Assembly: GCF_006345805.1 (NCBI RefSeq)
Contig: NC_042998.1
Coordinates: 107,198,001-107,262,000 of the forward strand
Source of the DNA: Octopus sinensis
Taxonomy: Eukaryota
Direction of reading: 5' to 3'
DNA: 64,000 nucleotides
The position numbers and the translations under genes are program-made. Below are positions 41,786 to 54,950 of this stretch, in pieces (position 1 is the first letter of the stretch; each line of letters starts with the position of its first letter). The notes under the pieces are model-generated. The model did not search any database. It was not told the DNA's origin and worked only from the letters and a program-made list of their open reading frames with translations.

Positions 41786-42150
41786 ATATCGAACACACAT
41801 ACACAAGGTATGTGTTTTGCTAGTTTGTGGGTAGGCTGCGCTTAGATGCGTAAGATAATATATTCTTATTAATGCTCCTGGTGTTAAAACATCTGGAAGT
41901 CATAGACAAGCGAGGAAACTCGCATCAGATCCCATTCAGGAGCGATAGACAGCAATGAGTCATCATTTTTGTAATTTGTCAGTCCTGCGTATCCGAACGT
42001 ACGGGACTTGACGCATGTTAACTCGCTTATCTATGACTCCCAGGTGTTTTAACACGAGGCGCATTGATGAGAATATATTCTCTTACGCCTACAAATGCAG
42101 CCTACCCATGAACTAGCAAAATACATATCTTGTGTATGTGTGTTCGATAT
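41786..42150. mobile_element. Foldback/MITE-like element with about 130-bp imperfect inverted arms
   Basis: 41786-41915 is an imperfect reverse complement of about 42020-42150; no ORF. Confidence 0.7.
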
Positions 42151-42292
42151 TGCTTATATCCTATGAGCAGCTTCTATATAAATATAAATTCAGATTCAAT
42201 AGGGTATATAAATACCATTTGCAATAAACAAAGCCATCGCTCCAAAACCATACACACAGTCAATACAATGAACATAACAGAAACAGTCTTAC

Positions 42293-42409
42293 CTTGCGTG
42301 GAATACAAAAGTAAGGAATGTGTATATCTCAGGTTCAAATTGATTTCGCCCTCTGTATGAAGAATCGCACTGAGTTCATCAGCTGAAAATAACACTTTAA
42401 CATCTCTTT
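42293..42409 (-). CDS. Candidate internal coding exon of an unidentified gene (117 nt, phase 1-1)
   Basis: Acceptor atatttcag, donor caag/gtaaga; open frame (E)RDVKVLFSADELSAILHTEGEINLNLRYTHSLLLYSTQ. No homology recognised. Confidence 0.3.
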
Positions 42410-42943
42410 CTGAAATATTCATCACATTACGCGTGTGTGGTGGCTGTATGTACTGTATGGCTATAAAGGCACGTAAATAGTTTATTAACTGCTGAAAGAC
42501 CCTTGCTCATATGATATATAAATCTCAGTGCCAGTTTAAGGTAAAAAAAATGCTGTAAATCTTGGAGCATTCAGTTTGCGCTTCCAAATTTTCAGTAAGC
42601 CTTAACATATACAATCATAATTTTCCCCGCCCTCATATATGCATGTGTGTATGCGTGGTGTGTGGTGGCGGGAAGGGGCGTGGCTAAATCATTAGAGTGT
42701 TACACACCCAATCGCAAGATCGTGGTTTCGATTCCCAGGCAGGCGATACATTGTTAGCAAAACATTTCTTCTAACGTTGTTTCACTCAACTCAGCTGTAA
42801 ATGGGAACCCTGCGACGGACTGGCATTCCATTCATGGGCAATATCGGCCTGTGCGTTGGCATCATTTTACAAAGGTAAAACAAAGCAAAGAGGCGCGTTG
42901 CGATCAGTAGTGTATAACATCTCATAGCCTGATCGATACAGTG

Positions 42944-42991
<48 letters not shown>

Positions 42992-43013
42992 TAAATATAT
43001 ATATATATGTATG

Positions 43014-43092
<79 letters not shown>

Positions 43093-43109
43093 GTCTGTAT
43101 GTATATATA

Positions 43110-44190
43110 TATACAGGGAGAATTCACAAAAAAAAAACAAAAGACGAAGACAGGTGATGTAGACAACAAACAGATGTATTATTTTAACGCTCGGGAAGTG
43201 AAAGGATCTTTAACGTTTCGAGCCTACGCTCTTCCACAGAAAGGAACACAGAAAGAAACAAGGAGAGAAAATAATGAATGTGTAGTGAGTAGCGATCTAT
43301 CATGGCGAATGCCGGACAGAGGGGTCACACATGAGAACTAGGAAGAAGGGGAGATAATAAAGTAGTGGTGATCCTAAAACGAAGGTGCGCGTGTGTGTGC
43401 ATAAGAAAGCATGTATATGCGTGTGGAAGAGGGCTGGTGAACTTGACGTGTATGTGTGTGCATGTATAGGTGTGTGGATGATGTGGGGCTTGGAAGTGCT
43501 AGTGTGTGCGTGGTGGTGTGATGTGGTGTTGTGTGGTATGGTGTGGTGGTGTTGGCATGTGGAGGAGGCGAGAATGGGGAAAGTAAGGGTGGGTGTGGGT
43601 TAGGCTGAGGGTTGGGATAGATGTGGGGTATGGGGGAGTGGGTGTAAGGGATGGGGTGGGGTGTGATGGAATGGATAGGGAAGGTGGGGTTGGATTGTGT
43701 AGGGGTGGGGTTACGAGAGAGGGATGATGATGATGAAGGGAGAGAGGAAGGGAGAAGGTGGGTAGGAGTGAAGAAAAGAGAGGAGAATAGGAGTGAAGAG
43801 AAGTAGGAGTCAGAGCAAGAGAGGAGATGTGGGTGGGAAGAAGTAGGTGTGAGGGGGTGAGAGGAGAGGGGAGGCGGGTTAGAGGAAGAGGGGAGGAGAG
43901 TTTAGCCCATGTGGCGCAAAGTAGCGAAGAGAGAAGATTAATCCATGTTCACGGCGAAAACGGGAGCCCGGATGACCCCTGTGCAAGAACAATCCAAGCA
44001 CAGACAGGTGTTGCAGTGACCGGTAGAGCGGAAATGGCACGAGACCGAGGTGTCATTGGCGAGTCGAATGTCTCGGAGGTGTTCTGCGAACCGGTCAGCC
44101 AAGCGGCGTCTCGTTTACCCGATGTATAGAGAAGGGCAGAGAGAACAGGAGATATAGTAGATAACATTGGTCTCCGGTATTCGAGTATTA
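43110..44190 (-). mobile_element. 5'-truncated Penelope-like (Neptune-type) element: GIY-YIG, low-complexity region and terminal repeat
   Basis: TNVIYYISCSLCPSLYIG*TRRRLADRFAEHLRDIRLANDTSVSCHFRSTGH at about 43990-44170; hammerhead-like motif downstream on the same strand. Confidence 0.85.
43208..43243 (-). ncRNA. Hammerhead variant with CUGUGGA(A) core
   Basis: Minus strand: CTTT CTGTGGAA GAGC gtag GCTC GAAAC GTT AAAG; perfect stems I and II, loopless ACGU stem III. Confidence 0.6.
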
Positions 44191-45378
44191 TTTTTCCACC
44201 TTGTTCCGCATTTATGTGCTTACTCGTGTGTATATATATATATAATATATATATATACACAAATACGCACACACGCATATGTAGATATAAAAACAGGACT
44301 AATTTATCTACTTTGTAGATTGAAAAAGTGATGAAGAGCCTTCATCGATTTTCGAACCTTATTGGGTTCCCATCAGAGAACCCAGTGCGTGAGTATGTGT
44401 GTGTGTTTATTTGTTATACTATATCATATATATTATATTTGCTCTAATACATTAATGAAAACAAAAACCAAAGCTGAATCGAAAACTAACAATAAAAACT
44501 CGCTCACGCACATAGATGCACTGTCATATTATGCACAGTATATACTGTACAAAAACACATAAATACCAGGAGCAGGAAGACAAATTTCCATTTAACAAAG
44601 CTAATACAGAACTAGTGCAATCTTGGGAAATCAGTGAAAAGGTCACAAAACTGTGACGAAAGAGTTTGATACACGAATTAGTTAATTAACTAATTATATA
44701 ATTGATAATAAACAAACGCTAGATGCAACTAATACTCATATTTCTAGTCATATATTGACAACATACAGTACAATATCGTTTCAACACAAGATTTCACATC
44801 AAGAATCTTATAAAACAAATACAAATGACGTATGAAGTGTTTGTGTGCGCACGTGAATGTATGATATATATGTTTTGTCATCTAACATCTTGTTTTAAGT
44901 TTTACCAAACTTCATGATATTGCTTCTAAAAAATCTTGATTTTTATGACTATACTAACTATGATGTCTGTCTGCTCCCTCAGCCCTACCCCTAACAGATA
45001 GTGCCCTCTGTTCTCTCAGCCTTAGAAATACAAGAATTTGATAAACTAGTCTATAAATTAAAACTGACCCCATAAAAACAAAAACATCAGTGACAGACAG
45101 AGTCTGTAACAGTGTATATCTTCTTGATAACTTAGTAACTTCTATGAGGAGTGGAGACAGCTTTTTCTTTGTCCACCTCCTCAACTTCTTGGAGATTTTA
45201 GGTATAACTATACTAATGTGTCCATCTGTTCTAATTTAATTAAATTCTATGTCTTTGTGCAGCTGAGGATTGCTCTGCATTTTAAATTGATGTAATGATT
45301 GCATTGTTCAATTAAATGGAGTTGCATGAAATGATCGTACTGCAGTACCTCTGGATTTCCTTGTTGCTTATTTTGATA

Positions 45379-45409
<31 letters not shown>

Positions 45410-45459
45410 GTGCGCATGTGTGTGCGCGTGTGTGTGTGCGTGCGCGCGCGTGTGTGTAT

Positions 45460-46305
45460 ACTGGGTTAGCAAGAAAGTAATTTCGCTTTTCGCAAATAGA
45501 GTTACGATTTTTTTGAATGACTTTTGTAAATGTTATGATTTTTTCCTTTTGACATTTGATAGCCGTTACTTTTAGCTTACTTTAGAAGCAAATTGTGCGT
45601 AATTTTGTTTACAGGTGTTAGTTCAGTGTCATTTTTAACATGGATTACAAAAACAAACATTTTAGCCATATTTTGCTTTTTTATTTCCGTAAAAGCAAGA
45701 AAGATGTGAGGCTCACAAAAAGATATGTGAAGTTTATGGTGTTGGTTACTTAGCAGAACGCACATGTCAGAAATGGTTTTTAAAATTCCGTTCTGAAGAT
45801 TTTTCACTCAAAGTTGACCAACGTTCTGGTCGACCTACTAAAGTTGATGATGACCGAATCAAAGCTATAATTGAATCTGATTGTCATATAACTGTGCGAG
45901 AGATTGCAGATAGATTGAATGTATCACATACAACAATTGAAAATCACTTAAAATATCTTGGATTTGTTAAGAAACTCGAAATTTGGGTTCCTCATGAATT
46001 GAAAGAGATTCACTTAACACAACGAATCAATATTTGTGATATGCATCTCAAACGCAATGAAATCGACGTTTTTTTTTAAAACGAATCATAACTGGTAATG
46101 TAAAATCGATTGTCTACAATAACATCAATTCAAAACGATCATGGTCCAAGCATAAACCAACACAAACCACATCGAAAGCTGAAATGAATAAAAAAAAGGG
46201 TCATGCTGTCAATTTGGTGGGATTACAAAGGTGTTGTGTATTTTGAGCTGCTTCCAAAGAACCAAACGATCAATTCAGATGTTTACTGTCAATAACTAAT
46301 GAAGC
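45460..46305 (+). mobile_element. Mariner transposon, left end plus truncated and frameshifted transposase
   Basis: ATG at 45640: MDYKNKHFSHILLFYFRK...RSGRPTKVDDD...IWVPHELKE...RIITG...VMLSIWWDYKGVVYFELLPKNQTINSDVYC. Confidence 0.92.
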
Positions 46306-46369
46306 ATAGTATTGTTCTAGAGAATGTTTAAAAAAACATAAGAAAATTATAAGTTTGTTTTAAAATTTG

Positions 46370-47118
46370 AGATTACATAGTATTTTACGTAGGATATGGG
46401 CAGTTCCCATGAGCACTATCTTTTTAATTTCTGCCATTTGGGGTTTTCCGGGTATTTGGTCTAGGTAGGAATCAACCCCTTTTGCTATCATTCCTAGGGC
46501 ACCTATTACAACAGGTATTGTTTTAGTCTTGAGGTTCCACATTTTGCCAATTTCAAGATCTTTATACTTGCTTTATACTTGCTCAATTTTTGGTAGGTCT
46601 TGACAGATACATTTATGTCGATTGGGACAGTCATATCAATGAGGAGGCAAGATTTTTGTCTGGAGTCTTTCAATGTGATGTCTGGCCTATCTTTCTGTCA
46701 GTTTGAACGGTAAAGTTCCTGAGGAGTGAGATGTGATCATTTTCAAGCACTGGAGATGGTTTGTGTTCTCACCAGTTTTATCATGAGGAAGGTCCAGATT
46801 TTAGCAAATTACCCAGTGAATATACTGTGCTGCTCTGTCATGCCTGTTGAGATACTCTGTAGGCGTCAGACTGCACATGGAAACAAGATCAATGGTTTCA
46901 TGTTGTTGTTTACATACACATGTTGGGCTACTGCCGTTCTTTAATATGTTGGCCTGGTAGTTCCTTGTAGGTAGGCATTGATCTTGGGCTGCTAATATAA
47001 ACCCTTCTGTTTCAAATTTTAAACCAGAAGATACTAACTATTGTTGGGTAATGGCTTTGTCAACATCGGCACTATAAGCTCTCTTTGGGTATTTGCCATT
47101 GAGAGGTTTTTCTTGCTA
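46370..47118 (-). mobile_element. Dong/R4-like retrotransposon 3' fragment
   Basis: SSGLKFETEGFILAAQDQCLPTRNY, EYLNRHDRAAQYIHW, IPVVIGALGMI...GTAHILRKIL. The 5' junction is in (AAT/AAC)n. Confidence 0.85.
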
Positions 47119-49162
47119 TTATTATTGTTGTTGTTGTTGTTGTTGTTGTTATTATTGTTGTTGTTGTTGTTGTTGTTGTTGTTATTATTGTTGTTACTAC
47201 TACTACTACTACTACTATCATTATTTGTATCACAGAAACGCACGTCGTTAGTGACAAAAAAAAATTCTGCTGTTGTATAAATAATGAGATAAATAGCTTT
47301 CAGCTTAATAAAAGGCTTAATAATTTTTTTTAATGCACAATTTTATGTTAAATGTAGTTGTATGTCTTGGATATTGTAAATTAGACGACAATCAATTTTG
47401 AAAATTTCAGTTTTCTTTTTTTTTTTTAATATCAGTAGTCAAGTTTGTGTTGGCATATTTAATGCAGGAAGTATTAAAAAGCTATTAAAAAATTACTATG
47501 CTGAGAGAGGGGGAAAAAAACAAATCTATTCAATGATTAATATCATTTCAATTATTTCGGTACGTACAGAAAACAAGCTTGGTTATGTTTCGGTTTTATT
47601 GTGACTTTATCAGTGAAACGGAGACTTCTCTATACTTATCGAGTTAGTGATAGAAGAATCGTCTAAGTATAAATATAGTGGTTCTTATAGATCACTATAC
47701 ATATGGAAGCTTCCTCGTTAGTTTATGAGACAAAGTTACTAATCAAAAGTGTCGCTCTTGAAAGAGTAGAAGTAAACTTCAGGTGAGTCTTGCCGAGACG
47801 ACAAAACGATCGAACACTTTACTTTTTACTTATGTTGCTGGTCTACTTACTATTACATAATCCGCTTTCATCTCTTATAAAAAGACATTTAAGAACGGTG
47901 ATTCAGTTAATAAAATTCACATACGTATGCTTCAATACAAATTTCATATCACTATATCACTATGACAGCTTTATCTATATTTTTAAATTCCATTATTTTT
48001 GTATCTTGCTGACAGTCTCAATCGAAGTAAATTCAAAAAGGATGGTATTAGAAAGACGGCACATTATCAAATATAGATGATTCAAATTTACATCAGTCAC
48101 ATATATATCGGAAACATTAAATATCTCCTTCTAGTAGGGATATCTAACATGTATTCATAGAACAAATTTATATACCAATATAGTCACACACAAATAAAGA
48201 TATTCCTAGTAAAATTAGTTAATTACATGCTAAACCTAGTTATACGTCGTAGAACAATACTTTCAGAAGAGAATAGACAGACAGTAAACAAAAAAAAAAC
48301 TGTATTTTAACACACTAATTAATAGGCCAAGAAATATTAATTCATCAAGAATTACACCTTGAGAGATGAGAATAATCTAATTCTGCTTTAAAAAATGAAG
48401 ATAAGAGAAACATTACTGATATTTAAGCTGATTAAAATTGATAAAATATGAAATTCAGTGAATGAAACAATATTAAATAACTGTAGCTTATATTTGCAAA
48501 ATTGCAATATTCCTATCAAAGAAGAGTTTCCATTTCATAATTTATAATCTTAACTCACACACACAAACCCATTATATATGTATAGATCTTAGAATAAAAT
48601 GTATGTATGTATGCATGTGTGCATATATATATGCATGTATGTGTGAATGTGCGTGCGTGAGCCAACTCGTGACCGAGTAAGACCACTTCCTAATCTCAGT
48701 AAGTTTGTGCAATCTTTCTACAAGTCCTACAAGTTCTGGTGTGAGAATTTGTTTTGAGTAGACAAAGTGTTGCACAGCACTCCCTGAATCCACTTTTCAG
48801 TGCACTCAGCTATAAAACTAGTGACAGTTGTATCGCCGGTTTTATAACTGCATGCTATAGTCAACAATACACACACACACGCACACACACATATAAGTGA
48901 GTGTATAATGTTGATTAACATAAAAGTGCACTCGAAACTAAACACTGACCACATATTAAAATCAATACATGCATATATTCAACTGTTATCTTAATAAGTA
49001 TAGCGAGCATTTTTCGAGAGTCTTTTCTGCTAAACCATCTTTACAGTTCAACGTATTAGCGTTCTTGACCTCAATTTATTTTGATATTTATTGAGCCTGC
49101 AACTGTTTTGTTCATCAACCTTAAGAAGGTCTTTCAGATTTTAATAGTCCCAAATATCGTGA

Positions 49163-49348
<186 letters not shown>

Positions 49349-50484
49349 TGAATTCTTCAGACCTGATTGAGAAAATTTGGTTGCTAATATATACGCTAAG
49401 ATGAATCAAAAGAAAGTAAAAAGTTGTAATGAAGAACAATGAAAAAGTAGGAATTTGTAAAAGAGTTGGAGAAAAATTTGAAAATACGACAGTTAAATTT
49501 TATATTTAGATAAGTTCCTTGGATAAGTCGGTTATGCATCTAATTTTTGGAAAGAAAAGAGAGAAAAATATTTTGAAATTAGGACCGTTATATCCTGTGT
49601 TTGGATAAAACCAATAGATAGGTTTGCTAACAACTCTAATGTTAAGAGTGACACAATTTAAGTTAAACCGGAAAGGAAGTTTATAATGATGGAATATTTT
49701 TATATTAAGATATGTATATTTCCAAAGGTTAATGATTTGACTGATAAAACAAAATTATGATAATAAGGATAAGTAGATTTATGTGCTATAGAATTCAGAT
49801 AAAACTAACTTGTGGAAATTGTAAAGAACTAGGGAGATATGTTAAATTAGTGAAACTCTAGAACCGATACAAATATTATTAACTTAATGAAGTCTACTCT
49901 ATATGAATTGGATTGAAAACATTAGGAGAAAAATTAAACAAAATAATGTCAATCATTGAGCCAAAGTTAAAAGTGGTCAAAAGGTATGTAAATAAGGCAA
50001 ATGGAATGAGGACAGCTAACCATGCTATGTATTGTTAGAGAAAGAATGGGATTAAATATGATAAATATGTGAATATGCGCGGGAAATAAAATTAAATGTA
50101 TTCTAAATAAAGTTAATGCATACACAAAAATAGAAATTGTTAAGGAAATAGGAAAACAAAGTTAAGAAATAGTCATTATTATCAGAAAACCTACAGACCA
50201 TTTTTAGCTCTGGTTCAACGATTAACATTATCTTTCTGATTTTTCTTCTTACATGTTTTCAGTGCTATTCATCCACAGTACACTGCACTGATTTGATAAC
50301 ATTTCTACTTCTAAAGATTCCTTAAATTAGCATAATTCTGTATTATTTAATAAGAGGTGAAGACAACGGATATATCCTTTACATGAATAAAGAAAAATAT
50401 GTGAATGAATACATCTCAGAAAATATATAACAATACATAAATATACGTTATCATACATAACCATATTTTGGCATAGATTCAAGC

Positions 50485-50652
50485 GGGTATTAGAACGCAT
50501 GGGAATCGAACCCATACCTCTTATATTCGTAATAAGTGTACTAACCGATTACACCAACCTACTCGACCTTAAAAATGGGTATTATTACGCATGATAATCG
50601 AACCCATTCCTCTTATATTCGTGATAAGTGTGCTAACCGATTACACAACCTA
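50485..50652 (-). pseudogene. Two tandem tRNA-like pseudogenes or SINE heads (period 92 bp)
   Basis: Copy 1 has a D arm, anticodon stem CTTAT/ATAAG and T arm ATGGG-TTCGATT-CCCAT, but a mismatched acceptor stem and no U33. Confidence 0.6.
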
Positions 50653-50779
50653 AGCATCCAAATGTACACAAAAGGGCAAAAATTTTGCGCAAAAGTATGT
50701 ATTTAAAAACACCCATATATTTGTGTGTGTGTGTGTGTGTGCGTGTGTGTGTTTATATATATATATGCGGGCCTATGAA

Positions 50780-51010
50780 AAACAAACCTCCATCAACTAC
50801 TCTGCCTATATATCTGTGAACACTGTTCAATGCCGTGTATGCCACAAGGTCTGCAAATCAAACGGAGGCCCCAAAAGACATTTTAAGATCCATAAAGATC
50901 AGAACTAAATTGCAGCTCCTGGTGGTCCAAATCAGTTATGCAATCTATGTGGGTGTCTTTTAAATACACTGTCTGGTTTAAAAAGCCACATCAGACGCCA
51001 TGATGGATCT
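50780..51010 (+). mobile_element. Probable LINE (RTE-like) 3' end with two C2H2-type zinc fingers
   Basis: CRVCHKVCKSNGGPKRHFKIH and CNLCGCLLNTLSGLKSHIRRH in one frame with an internal TAA, followed by (TAA)(TAG)n. Confidence 0.55.
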
Positions 51011-51018
51011 AATAATAA

Positions 51019-51102
<84 letters not shown>

Positions 51103-51104
51103 AG

Positions 51105-51435
51105 GCATGACCTGTTCCAGCACGTCGCTGCATCCACCATTTATTGGTGATTCTCTACTCCTGCCGGACGACACCTCTGTGGCATGAGGTCCGTTTGGGT
51201 AGTCGTTGCTGGTGAGGGTATTACGGTGTAGGAGTGTAAATCCTACTTCAATCTCTTTTAGTCGCCTTTTGCGACACACGGAAGAAACATTGGCTCTATA
51301 CTTTGGCATGCCGGTCCCCACACAACATTAGAGCAACATGAGATGAAGTGTTTTGGTCGAGAACACAACACGCCAAGAATAGAACTCACGATAACCAGAT
51401 TGTGAGAGAAACACTCTAACTACTAGGCCAGATGC
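51105..51435 (-). mobile_element. Degenerate tRNA-derived SINE
   Basis: tRNA-like head near 51370-51435 on the minus strand; the 3' end abuts the (TAG)n tract. Confidence 0.5.
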
Positions 51436-51616
51436 CTTTATGAAACACACACACACACACACACACACATACACACACACATACACACACACACATATAT
51501 CACATATGTATGTATGTATATATGTATGTCTGCATGTATGTATTTATGTATGTATGTAGGTAGGTATGTATGTATGTATGCATGTAAGTAGGTAGGTAGG
51601 TAAGTAAGTAGGTAAG

Positions 51617-51761
<145 letters not shown>

Positions 51762-52497
51762 GTGTTTATGTACGTATGTAAAGGGATATTTTCTCACATA
51801 AATGTGTGCTGAAATTTAAACATAAACAGGTAGAGAAATTTCATTCACTTTCCGAAGTATTATTAGGAATTTTTTCTTTCTTTGCTGCTTATGTGAATCT
51901 ATTTCCGATACTATGAGTCATGATACATTAGTTGTCAGGAATGGATGTTGCCAAACATAGCCTTTCTCACAGAATTGGCACGGTTGCCAAATTCTGTTAC
52001 AGACAATAAACTAAAGAATTATATTTTAAATATATATAAATATATCATGTCAAAAGAAATATAAAAGATTTGACGAAATAAATTTTGTGATAAATATATT
52101 AAATCGAGATTTTGTCGAATATTGCAATAAATATATGTATGCATGCGTTTATTATATATATTCATATTGATGTATATTTGCATGAATATATATATATATA
52201 TATATATCCAAAGTATGTAAATATTCATACATGTATAAGCATAAATATTTGCACAATATAAGCATGTGTATGCGTGTGTGTGACTATGTATGTGTATTCA
52301 CGTAATGAATATGTATATATATATATGCTGTGTACAAGCTATATATATATATATATGTATATACATGCTATGTATAATGTGTGTGTGTCTATGTGTGTGT
52401 GTAGCTGTGTGCATGTATATGTCACATATACATTACTTATAACGTACATAGATTACATGCATATGTGCAGATAAATAGACAGACAGACAGATAGACT

Positions 52498-52548
<51 letters not shown>

Positions 52549-52555
52549 GATAGAC

Positions 52556-52695
<140 letters not shown>

Positions 52696-53489
52696 CGGTA
52701 GGTGGATTCAGTTCTGCCTACATCAAAGCACTTTTAAAAAATTATTGATCAAAAAATGTCTCATGATCATACATCGTCTGAGCTTCAGATAATGGAGTAG
52801 TTGTTTTTCTCTTATTATTGCTGTTCCATTCCATTTATCTGCATTGGGAAGACTTTTCGACAAGTTTTAACTCTACTGACAAACACTAAAATGGTACCAA
52901 AACTTTATGATAACTTCATTTTTATTTCAAAATTTTGGCCTTTTTCCAGGTGAACAAGCCATCAAATCGTTAGTTTCTTTAATTATCTAATTGCTATAAT
53001 TAAATTATAATTCTCCATATCTCAAAGCTAATTATTGCATCTAATGAGTATTTAGTAGTTTTATGATTAAAAGGAATATCTACGGGTCATATATGATGTC
53101 TTTTTTTATTTCATTGCTTTATAATTGACTGATTATAGTAGAGTACTTGGTGAAATAATTGTTCGTTTAGGTCAGACATGTTTTTATTATTTCCATTACA
53201 CACATGTGATGTTACAAATGCTTGAAGCAATTGAACCAGCATCAGTTTATAGTAACCAGAAATACGCCATAGAAACATACACATAGGCATATACATATGC
53301 ATGTATATACATATACATGTATGTGTATGCGTGTCTGTTCATATATGCATGTATATATGATGGTTCCACCGAAAGTAATACAAAAGTAGGCATAACATTT
53401 TTATGCACTGACATAGGTCGTTCAAACTGCACATGTTGGTAGAGTAACTCTTCTTACTCTTCTTAACAGACAAATAATGAGGTATAAGA

Positions 53490-54240
53490 AGACACAACAT
53501 GCTGTCATTAAGTTCTTGACGAAGGGGGGTGCAGGCTATCTGGTATCCAAAGAAAACTACAGGGTGTTTACAGAGGTGAGGCCATTGATAAGAATAATGT
53601 ACACAGAAGACTGAAAAATTATAAAGAGGGAATCAACAGCGAAAATAAACTGCACGGTGGGAGATCACGAACTGCGATTACTAACACATGTCGCCAGGGA
53701 GTGGACGAATTGATTCTCACAGACAGGTGAATCATAATTCATAGCTGTTCAGCACAACTGGACTGTGGTCACAATGCATTGCAAAATATGATGGAAGATT
53801 GCGGGTATAGGAGTCTGCAAAGTAGTTGGTAGTTGGCACCCAATTTGAAGGAGAGAAGTGTAGAAATCTGGTTCTATTTGCTGGAAGTGTTTGAAGCCAA
53901 TGATAACACTATATTTTTTGATCTAGTAACAGAAGATGGAACGTGAACATGTCTTTTTTACCTGGAAACTAAGGCTCAGTCCATGGAATGGTGTCACACC
54001 TCTTCTTCAAGGCCTAAGGATTTCAAGTGCCAACAATCAGCACAGAAAGTTATAGTGGTTGCGCGGGATGACATCGTGCTCTTTGATTTTCTAGTGCGTA
54101 GCTGTACCGTGAACAGCGAGTTTAGAAAAGCCGTCGGGAGGAAGAAACCGAACAAGAATCAGAAAATGATTTACATTCACCATGACAATGCACGACTACA
54201 CACGCCTTTGGTAACAGATCAGACAATCACTAACTTAAGC
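53490..54240 (+). mobile_element. Degenerate mariner transposase remnant
   Basis: ETKAQSMEWCHTSSSRPK.FK.QQSAQKV...FDFL....TVNSE...HHDNARLHT. Confidence 0.8.
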
Positions 54241-54769
54241 AAACCAGTGGCTCTCCGTCTTGTTGGGAACATGTAGACCTCCAGTGGTCAGTTCAGATCA
54301 CGTGCATGCTTCAGCTATCCAGCAACAATAGTTCTTTTATTACATACTCTCCGTGGAATACAAACAGGACGTTCACGTCGGCTGTCTGTTTGATGGTCTT
54401 AGGTTACATATAAATTTGTGTTCTAAGGGTAACAGATCAGAAGTGACTTTACAAATAAGTTGATGTTAATGGAGGATCCCATCCTCGCTCCGAGACCTGG
54501 AAAATTAAGGAGAGAAACGTAATCTAGCTTAATCCCTGCTCAACCTAGATCTGATTAGTATCAGGAAGCTAGAAACAGCATTTCCCCATAAAACCCAGAT
54601 ATATCGTTAAGTCCTGGATTCTCATAAGGTCAGAGTTTGCTTTTGATGCTTAGATAAGGTCGCTTCCTACATTGCACGCTATAAAGGAAGCCATCACACA
54701 CTTACAGTTTTTGCCCCACGTTCCAAACTGTAATAATATAACGTTTAAAATTTTCCACAGGCTGTGATC

Positions 54770-54950
54770 TATAAAGCCATTCTCCCACTATCCGACGACG
54801 TCAAGATGCATTACTCGAACAAACGGAAATATTTGTGCAATACATGCACTCGTTCATGTGTTGGTACAGGAAAACTTCATCTCCTTGTCCAGTTTCATCA
54901 AGAGACACCGGAACCAAGAAAACAACATCCCTAACATCATATAAAATATC
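54770..54950 (+). mobile_element. Degenerate RTE LINE fragment
   Basis: AVIYKAIL...LHLLVQFHQ resembles RTE 'VYKAVV...LLEQFHQ'. Confidence 0.4.

Noticed and set aside
47691-47782. Plus-strand exon candidate, and micro-exon candidates at 54706-54727(-), about 28931-28967(-) and about 61894-61910(+)
   Set aside because: Consensus splice sites occur every few kb by chance; there is no homology and no consistent gene model.
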